DNA of 63,665 bases. It comes from Lama glama. Taxonomy: Eukaryota. Under the pieces are notes generated by a model. The model did not search any database, had not been told where the DNA came from, and saw nothing but the letters and a program-made list of their open reading frames with translations. The first letter of the stretch is position 1. The number at the start of each line of letters is the position of its first letter. This document shows, one piece after another, positions 54,664 through 63,665 of the stretch. The stretch is from the NCBI GenBank assembly GCA_028534125.1, contig CM052816.1, positions 89,902,336 to 89,966,000 on the forward strand, written 5' to 3'. The position numbers and the translations under genes are program-made.

Positions 54664-55484
54664 CTTCCCCATTTGATTTCACAGAACAAACACAAGTGAA
54701 AGTTGATCATGAAAAACTACGACAGCAAAAAATACAGTGTTGTGGTTTCAATGGCTTTTGCATTGTCAACCTTTCTAAGAAATGGGTCCAATGCACACAC
54801 ATTCATCAGCAGGAGAAACTCCTCTGGTGTCACACTGAGTTGGACGTGAATCACTTCCCGGGAAACCTACAGAATGTCAACTGTTATAAAACTGTCAGTG
54901 CGAGCAATGCCTTATGAAAACATATATTCTCAATATTTTAAAGCACAGAATGTCTGCAGTAGTCACCAGAGGACCAAGGATTTCTACAACAGTTGCAGTT
55001 AACATTTTTATAGTTGTGTTTGCATGTGCAGAATCACAATTTTACATGCATTTTCATTATGTGAAATAGGGTATTTACATGGTTAATTAGTATACACAAG
55101 GAGGAATAGTTCAACAATGAACATAAATATTAAATCATACTCTTAATAATACAAGAACCTGATACACACAAAGTGATAATCTAGACACCTAGGGTAAATA
55201 TGAAATTACTTAATTTTCATGTATAAGAAATAATGAATACAGGTGCGTTCACTAATACAATCACAAAACAAAACCTTTAGTAGATAGGATAAATAATGTA
55301 AGAATGGGGGGAGGTTTATAAAGTTCCAGTCAAGAAACTCTTGCCTTCCTTTTTGTGAACATTGCCATATTGATTAGGGGGAAGAAAAGAAAATGAGATT
55401 AAAGGGATTTTTGTTTCAGCAGTTATGAATGCTATCCTAACTAACACAGGTGTTGTTGCATTGAAAGTGGAAATGGTTTTCTGC

Positions 55485-55964
55485 TGTTACTGAAGGCAAG
55501 TTCATGTACCCGCTGTACCAGGCGGCCAAGCAAACTGAAACATGGGCGTCTGGAGCAGAGAAAGGTTTATTGCAGGACTGAGCAAGGAGGACGGGGTGAC
55601 TAATGCCAAAGAAAACCCCGAACTCCCCGAAGGTTTCAGCAAAACATAGTTAAAGTCCAGCTAAGAGGGGGTGGGATGTCCCAGGGTACATGATCAGCTG
55701 GTGCACCATCCTCTGATTGGTTGATGTTGAGAGAACAGGGCTGTCAACACTGTCAACCCCTAGGCGCCAGAAGGTCTGACAGCCACGGGCTCCTGATCAT
55801 CAAGTAGTTAATTTCTTTCCTTTGGTGGTGGTTTTTCGCATCTGAAAAACTCAGGAAATATGCATGAGATACTATGATCTGGGTACTTCAGAGAGGAGCT
55901 GCAGCAGAGGATGCGGGGAAGGGGTCTGACGCTGGAAGACCTCACAGGATCCTGCTCGGTTACA
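55485..55964 (-). mobile_element. Solo ERV1 LTR
   Basis: tgttac...gttaca termini with perfect 4-bp TSD ctgc. Minus-strand AATAAA (~55566) and CCAAT (~55714). Many CpGs are retained, suggesting it is relatively young. Confidence 0.92.
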
Positions 55965-57759
55965 CTGCTTTTATAAAAATACATATGTGTAGTAATTTCT
56001 TAATGGCCAGGCTGAAAATCAAAGCATCTCTTATGAAGGTTAGAACACAAACTAAGTACACTGAAGCCTGTATCTCTAAGTGGAGTGATTGGAAAAAATG
56101 TGTTGTTTGTCTTTGGCAAAGTGCTATGAATAAGAGGTGGGCACAGATAGGAATCTGCTGTTTCCTTAAACAGTGATCAAATAGAATAGACGTGTCAATC
56201 CTCACAGTAAAGAATGGTTGCTACTAGCCCCTGATGACAAGCAATGAGACTGACAGGGTCTGGGGCAGCAAAGGCTGGGGAGACTACTTAGTTGAACAAA
56301 ATGTTTCTGCAGCCAGGAGTCAAAGAGAAATAAAGGGCCTCAAAGCAGCTGTCATTCTTTTGTGAGAAACAAAGGAAGGGAGGGACTGAGAGTGACTTCG
56401 GAACCAGGGTCTAGGAAAGGACTTCGGATACAGACATTTGCATAGGAGACTGTGGGGGAAGCAGACATTGGAAGCTCACTAACACTTTTAGGAAGTAATA
56501 TTACCGATGGAATCTCCGAGCCAGGATGCAAATAGCCTTACTCAATTCAAGCAAGGAGACAGCATGTGGGGCCCCAAAAGTGCACCTGCAGGGAGCAGGC
56601 TGAAAACCCTAGACCTGTAGCAAGCACACCAGGGAGAGAGCATCTCCAAGCCACTCACTTTCCCCATCACTTAGGTGGGATAAAGGATGCAGGGGGGCCT
56701 CTGAGGGGCAAAATAAGGGTCTCATCGAAAACCTTCCATCTTGGACTCACACAGGTGCCCAGTTAGATTTCCCGTTTGAGGAGAGTTTTAATTGCACATA
56801 TCCTAGCTCTGATCCACATGTGATAATAATTGTGTGTGCGAGTCTTTCATCTTTTTATTTTGTAGGTCACCAGGTTTTGAAGGAATAACGCTTGCTTGAA
56901 GAATTTTGAGTCCAAAACATGATGACGAATTCCATTTTAATACTTATTTTTTTCAGGTCCTCTGTTCAACTTGTACCAGTTAAGTCTGCATATCCCTGTG
57001 ACGGCAGATGACAGACATGGTATTAAAACAAAGGAGACTTGGCACAGATTGTCATCAACACAGGTCGTCTGATGACTTGATGTTCCTGGATGACTTTGGG
57101 AGACGTGCTCTGTCAAGCTGGGTTTCCAAATAAACAAGTGAGACAGTGTCATTTTGACCGTCAAGTCCACGGCCATGAGATTTTGTACTAACTATTGCAT
57201 TAAGCCATAGAGACTTGAAGATTGATCAGTTATAGCAACTAAAATTATCTTAACAAACTTGTTTTAGTATTTTTTAATACTCCTATCTGTTTATTTTCTA
57301 CAATCAATTATTAAAATGGGGCAAGCATTTGTTTAAGGGAAACCTTAGCAGTATTTGGGTCATGTTACTATTCAGAATCATTAACATGGAAAGACTCAGA
57401 AAAATTGACATCACCACACTGAAAGAGAAACAAAACACATAAATAATGTTTGCCTTTTCCTAAATTACAAACGTTTCTGTATCATCCCCAAACTTGATTT
57501 TACTACTGTTTCTTTTATAAAAGAAAAACACAACTTAAACATTTTTTTTCTTTGCACTTATTTGTTACAAAGTTGGTTAATAATTTTTTTAATTAACTGA
57601 GAATCAGGACAGTTTCTACAGGAATGGAATAATAGCTCAAATAAATCAGTCCCTGCTGAGCTGTAACACCATCAATTACCAAGTTGCTGGTTTATGAAAT
57701 TGTTTGATTTTTCTAACCAATAGTGAATAGCAGATCTTGTATATATGTCTCTTAAACAC

Positions 57760-58060
57760 TTTAATTTTGATTATTTTAGTTGAAGTATGGTCAGCTTACA
57801 GTGTTGCGTTGATTTCTGATGTACAGCATAACGTTTCAGTTATATATATACAAACATATATTCCTTTTCATATTCTTTTTCATTATAGGTTACTACAAGG
57901 TATTGAATATAATTCCCTGTGCTACATAGTATAAACTTGTTGTTTATCTATTTTATATATGGTCATTAGTATCTGCAAATCTCGAACTCCCAGTTTATCC
58001 CTTCCCATCCCCTTTCCCCTGGTAACCATGAGTTTGTTTTATATGTCAGTGAATCTGTCT
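57760..58060 (-). mobile_element. Young camelid-type L1 3'UTR
   Basis: Closely parallels 44340-44625. Confidence 0.9.
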
Positions 58061-58070
58061 CAAACAATTT

Positions 58071-58375
58071 TATATTTGTTTCCTGGGACTGCCAATACAA
58101 AGTGATACAAACTAAGTGGCTTAAAACAATAAAAGTTTATTGTCTCACAGGTCCAGAAACGAGAAGTTCAAAATCAAGGTGTCAGGAGGGCCATGCTCTC
58201 TCTGAAATTGGTAGCAAGAAATCCTTTCTTGCCTTTTCCTAGCTCCTGGTGGCTGCCAGCAATCCAGCCATCGAGTCCTGGGGCCTGCGACCCTTGCACC
58301 CCGACCTTCTGTCCTCACACGCTGTTCTCTCCCTGTCTGGCTCTGTCTTCTTTTTATAAGGACATCAGTCATCAC
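58071..58375 (-). mobile_element. MLT1C-like MaLR LTR (partial)
   Basis: gtggcttaaaacaa..tttattgtctcacag, aaatcaaggtgtcagga.ggccatgctc, ttataaggaca.cagtcat. Confidence 0.85.
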
Positions 58376-58781
58376 ATTTGAAGTAGCATCGAGTTGTGAT
58401 CACTGAAACCCTAAAGCAGACGAGCAGGGCAGGTAAGAACCCAATTTTATGAATAAAGATATTGAAGTCCATAGAATCCATGACTTTATACTCCTAGTGA
58501 ATGAGCAGGAAATGAGATGTCTATTACAACACCCCCGTTCTCTTACATTATGTTAATAGGGAACATTGGGTTGCCCCCTTTTTTTTTCCTTACGAGCAAA
58601 TGCAATTAAACAGTGAGTCAATGTTATCAAACAGTACCTGGTATAATGGTAATACTCTGTTTGCATGCAGAGATACAAATGCACGTGTTAATGTTATTCT
58701 TTATTCTCTATACAATTTTACTAGAAAAACACTTTTGGGCACACATAGAATGAATTGTCTATCTAAGTAGCTAATTTATCC

Positions 58782-58810
58782 ATCTATCTATCTATCAATC
58801 TGTCTATCTG

Positions 58811-58852
<42 letters not shown>

Positions 58853-58857
58853 ATCTA
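58782..58857 (+). repeat. (TCTA)n/(TCTG)n compound microsatellite
   Basis: Directly visible GATA-type array. Confidence 0.95.
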
Positions 58858-60404
58858 TTTATTTTGCAAAAAAAAGAAGAAGAAATAAGGTAATTGTAGA
58901 TGGAAATGTCAGGGCAATTAGCTACACAGAATTGTAATTTTTAAATTTGATTTTTTAAAAATTTCACTTTGATGTAGATATATTTGTTTCCATTTTAACA
59001 ATGAAAAAACCCAAGCCTAGTATTTCTACTTCAGTATGTTTCTATTTTATTAGAAACGAATGAGAGTTCATCTATCCCTTTAGATAGCACCCCAGAAGCC
59101 GCAGAAACCACCTGTCATATTACCTCTTCTCTCCTTCTCTTCATAAACCTTTCCAGCAGAGTGAAGGTGCATTTTAGTTTTATTAGGCCATAAAACTTGG
59201 TGCAATACATTTCATCCTTTTACGAATTGTCTTGAGAACATTTTAATTGCATTTCATTGTGCCTTGGTGTCAGATGTGTTCTTTTATGACCTACTCTTCC
59301 AACCTCACACATTACTCTTCTCAGCCTCTCTACTAATGAGCAATATTGTATTTCTTAAGATCTTTTGTCAGTTCTAAAGCTGTAAACTCCCCTGTGCAAG
59401 CATTTTTGCTGTGTGTGTTTGTATTTAACCACAGACTTCAATCTCACTCCTCTGATCCTCTTCCTAATTCTTTTACACATCTCCATATTTTACTCTGACA
59501 GTTTTCCCTGGTTTATTTCCCTTTGCCTGAAAAGCCCTTCTGCAGTTATTTTTAGAAAATCATTTTCAATAGAATAATCAATATTCATGTGCACAAAATA
59601 ATTGTACAGATTAAACTGTCGTAGTTCTTTGATGGTTAACACTGTGGAAATTTTGTGATTCCTGATGGGATGCAGATGCAAATAAGGCTTCATATAGTAA
59701 TCTGGTAACTGGATGGATGTAATGTGGAAGTAGTGCTATTGGTGGAAGGGGTGTGGTGTGATGATGCTCAAGAAAGAACTGAGGGCAAACAAACCATTTG
59801 CAAATAAAGCTCTGAAAGGCAAAACTTCTCTAGAAAATAGAAAGCTTTGCTTATGCGGGATTAGAAAATTCAGAGACAATAAAAAACTAAACTACATCGT
59901 TTAGTTATTAATTTTTTTCCTCTCCCTCTGCACCAAGCTTATAGAGATTCCAGAATTTTTCCCCCTTTATCTGCAAAATTATTTCTATGAGCTGGAGCCT
60001 GAGGCTTCAGGAGGGGTAGCATGGAGTGATGACTGAAGGAGCAGATATCCCCGTAGCCTTCCAGAATGCACGCACCAGTCTTCAAACAATGAGTGAGGAA
60101 TATTGGGCAATACAGAATGCTTTTTGCACCCTCCAAGATGGACATATGTGTGATCAACATATTTTAGAGCTACCTGGAAAGGGAGGCAAAAGGCTGGGCC
60201 ATTCCGGAGGTAAGAATTGTCTAAGTATCACCTACTGCCTGTGATGCCTACAACTGAGGATTCAAAGAGACAAGGAAACGAGAGGGACAGCACAAGAGCG
60301 ACATGGATGGGAGGAAGGGAATGTGGACTGTTTACGCCTTCTCTGGAGCTGAAGGAGATGAACAGACAAAACCAAAATTGGGATTTAGTTCATTTATTTC
60401 ACGT

Positions 60405-60904
60405 NNNNNNNNNNNNNNNNNNNNNNNNNNNNNNNNNNNNNNNNNNNNNNNNNNNNNNNNNNNNNNNNNNNNNNNNNNNNNNNNNNNNNNNNNNNNNNNN
60501 NNNNNNNNNNNNNNNNNNNNNNNNNNNNNNNNNNNNNNNNNNNNNNNNNNNNNNNNNNNNNNNNNNNNNNNNNNNNNNNNNNNNNNNNNNNNNNNNNNNN
60601 NNNNNNNNNNNNNNNNNNNNNNNNNNNNNNNNNNNNNNNNNNNNNNNNNNNNNNNNNNNNNNNNNNNNNNNNNNNNNNNNNNNNNNNNNNNNNNNNNNNN
60701 NNNNNNNNNNNNNNNNNNNNNNNNNNNNNNNNNNNNNNNNNNNNNNNNNNNNNNNNNNNNNNNNNNNNNNNNNNNNNNNNNNNNNNNNNNNNNNNNNNNN
60801 NNNNNNNNNNNNNNNNNNNNNNNNNNNNNNNNNNNNNNNNNNNNNNNNNNNNNNNNNNNNNNNNNNNNNNNNNNNNNNNNNNNNNNNNNNNNNNNNNNNN
60901 NNNN
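60405..60904. other. Assembly gap (500 N)
   Basis: Run of exactly 500 N. Confidence 1.
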
Positions 60905-63329
60905 GGTGGCTTAGACTAGAGTTATCGTGGTAGAGAAGCTCCAAGAAACGAGTTGGTTTTTGTAACTAAATTGAAGACAGAGCCAAACAAATTTGTTCAG
61001 GCTTTGGGTGTAGAGTATAACAGAATTGTCACAGACAACAATTACATGTCTTATTTGATGCTTAAAAGATGCTGCCCGCATCAGAGATGAAGAATGATGG
61101 TTTAATTTCCCTAAAAGAAAATGTAAGGAGATAATTATGGTCATATAGAAATTCAACTTTCAAAATGATAAAAGCTGATTATATTACATTGCAGAACTCT
61201 CTAACCTGAAGTAAAATTGATAGTTATATTTTTTCCTAGGATGTGCTTACGAGGTAAATAGACTCAGTATTTTTTTACTTGATATGCCGCAGGAAAAAAA
61301 ATGCATTGGAAATCCAGGCACAAATGCAACAATATTGCTTAAACTGCACTAAAATTATTTTGCCAATCAAACAAAATTACCCAACAATTTATAGTCACTG
61401 ATGGGTAGTTAAATCAAATCAGAACAGATGCATCATTCTGGAAACATAATCATACATTGCCTGTTATCCAAGGGATGTACATAATAATTGACACTCCTAA
61501 TTTGCATGATGAGAAGATCTTTAAGTTATACAAGAATAAATAATTATTTTTGATGATGTTGATACCTTCGATTCAATTATAACCCACTTAATTTAGTAAT
61601 AAACCCATAAGTTTCTGAGAACATAATGTTTAAAATAAAATACACCTCCAAATGAATTTGAATTCACCATATAGCATTAGATCTATTGTTTAAAGATAAT
61701 CAACTTAGCATAACCGAAAAGAATGCATTAAGTGATTTAGAACTATTATTTATCTTTGAAGATATTTTTATGTTAAAATTTTAATCAGTTTCTTGTTACA
61801 TCAAATCTTCAATGCCTAGCAATGATAGTATTGTAACACTCAATTTTTTCATAAATAAGTATCCAAATTATGAAGAAAGTCAGAAACAGTAATGAAATTT
61901 ATGGCTGACTTATAGGGAGTGGTAACAATTGTTTATGGTTAAGTATATAAAATAGTGTATTTTCTACATATGGTTTTTCAAAGTCCAATGTCCTAAAAAA
62001 TGGAATATCACAATACTTTGGTTTATAATAGCAACGGATTCTTTTCTCCTTTTTTTGCAAAGGAAGAATATTAGAAAGTAACCATTCCTGCATCATCATT
62101 CCTGATAAGAGGGTAGAGTAACAATTTAATATTGATTATTGACATTAAACTGTGTTCTCTACCAGGTTTAGACTAAACAAACGTTAACTACTGAAATCGA
62201 GAACCACAGCCAAGAAAACGATCCATTTGGCACAGAATGTGAGGGAATTTGGCATCACCAATATATCAATACACTACAGAGTTGTATATAGTTTATACTT
62301 ACATATTAATGTATATAATAATATAGTAATTTATTAATTTATTCACTTTTGATAATTCTGATCTTTTTTATAAAAATTAGAGAAGATAATTTTAATTTTT
62401 AATATTGATTTCAATTTTTATAACACTTTCTTATCCTAAATAGATTTCTACAGTCAAATTTCATAGCACAACCAAAACCAAGCAAACAAACAAAAAAAAC
62501 TTGCTGATTGGCAATTTGGGGCCAGTCAAAAGTGTAAGCCGTTGGTTCATAGTGCAGAGCAAGATAACATTTTCCTCTGTCAGAGTGGAGTCCAGTCTTT
62601 ACAAATGCCATTATTTGTTATTGTTTTAAAGAGGTCCTCAAATTGGTCAATAATCAGAAGTATTTCGAAGAATTACACTTTCCTGTCCTAAAATGTTTAC
62701 CAAATACATTAAGGAGCATTCTTTTACTCTACAATCAATATGTGTGGAGTAAAAGAATGCAAAAAAAAATTCATGTATACAGATTTAGGAATTATATTTA
62801 GTGAGAAAACTGATAAAACACCATACATTTTGGCAAATTATACTCTGCTAATTTGAGAAAATTATCCCATGATGCGGCAGGTAGGGAGGTTATTCTAATT
62901 CTTAGTGCTCCATCCCATTCAGTATATGTGCTGAATGAAAACAATTAAAAAGAAATCAATAAATTACAATAAAAGAGAAACAAAAGCTCATAACTGTGAT
63001 GTATAAGACTAACCAGGCTGATAATTTTCAGAACTTCTATTGCCTCATTAAATTTTTATTTCCTTCTGTTTGTTATTGAGGAAAGTGTTGAAATTACAAC
63101 TCCACATATTTTTTCAGATATTTCAGCTTTTACTTTATGTTGTTAGGGAAAAACACATTTATAATGCTGGCTTATTAGAAACTGATTCTTTTAGCATTAT
63201 AAGATATAATATTTCCTGTCTTGAATTCTAGTTTCTCTTTTATTGACGTGCCTACATCAGGTTTCTTGTGCTTGCTGTTTGTGTGATGGTTATTTTCATT
63301 CTTTTACTGTGAAACGTTCTGTGTTCTTT

Positions 63330-63665
63330 ATATTTACAAAGTGTGCTTCTTAACAAAGTAGAGTCACATCTAGATTTTTCATCTATTCTGACAAACCGTG
63401 AATTTTAAATTTAGTTTTAAGAATGTTTAAATTTAATATAATTTTTGAAATTATAGGGTTTAAATCTAACATCTTGGTATTTGTTTTCTATTTTCCCTTC
63501 TGTTGTTTCTTCTCTTTTCCTACCTTCTTTGGATGAAACTGATTATTGATTAGTATTCTGCTTGTTTCCTTTATTGGATTATCAACTACATTTCTTTTTT
63601 TAAATGTTTAATGGATGCTCTTCGTTCTACAATGTGCATTTTAAAACATCACAATCTAACTTCAA
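63330..63665 (-). mobile_element. Old L1 fragment
   Basis: Parallels 34280-34480 (tctattctgacaa...tttaatataatt...tttgttttcta). Confidence 0.55.

Noticed and set aside
54498..54917. 139-aa ORF
   Set aside because: Runs through a (CA)n repeat, non-ATG start, no homology.
60217..60944. Long ORFs (181-238 aa)
   Set aside because: Artefacts of the N gap.
1..63665. CRISPR array, operon, NUMT or non-retroviral endogenous virus
   Set aside because: No spaced direct-repeat array, gene-dense segment, or mitochondrial/viral-like translation seen. A highly diverged relic cannot be excluded without tBLASTn/HMM searches.

Overview
AT-rich, repeat-dense mammalian genomic DNA, most likely from a camelid (alpaca/llama/camel). 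The evidence is a Vic-1-like tRNA-derived SINE and recurring young L1 3' ends of camelid type. I recognise no protein-coding gene. Of the ORFs in the track, the only recognisable ones are decayed L1 ORF2 (34107-34358, 48298-48480) and ERVL reverse transcriptase (22984-23169); the rest look like chance ORFs or N-gap artefacts. The window holds about a dozen solo LTRs (ERV1, ERVL, MaLR) and a ~4 kb ERVL proviral remnant (LTR16-type LTR, PBS, gag/pol). It also holds old and young L1 fragments, L2/MIR relics, DNA transposon fossils (Tigger1, MER102, MER33, MER53), several microsatellites and two 500-N scaffold gaps. The most notable non-repeat signals are a CpG-retaining AT-rich segment with clustered CRE half-sites and an RFX box (45.5-46.2 kb), a near-consensus CTCF site (53.6 kb), a unique segment with strong splice signals (9.1-10 kb), candidate enhancers and an 18-bp hairpin. 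Repeat family names come from my recall of consensus sequences and need RepeatMasker/Dfam confirmation. I found no convincing new biological system.
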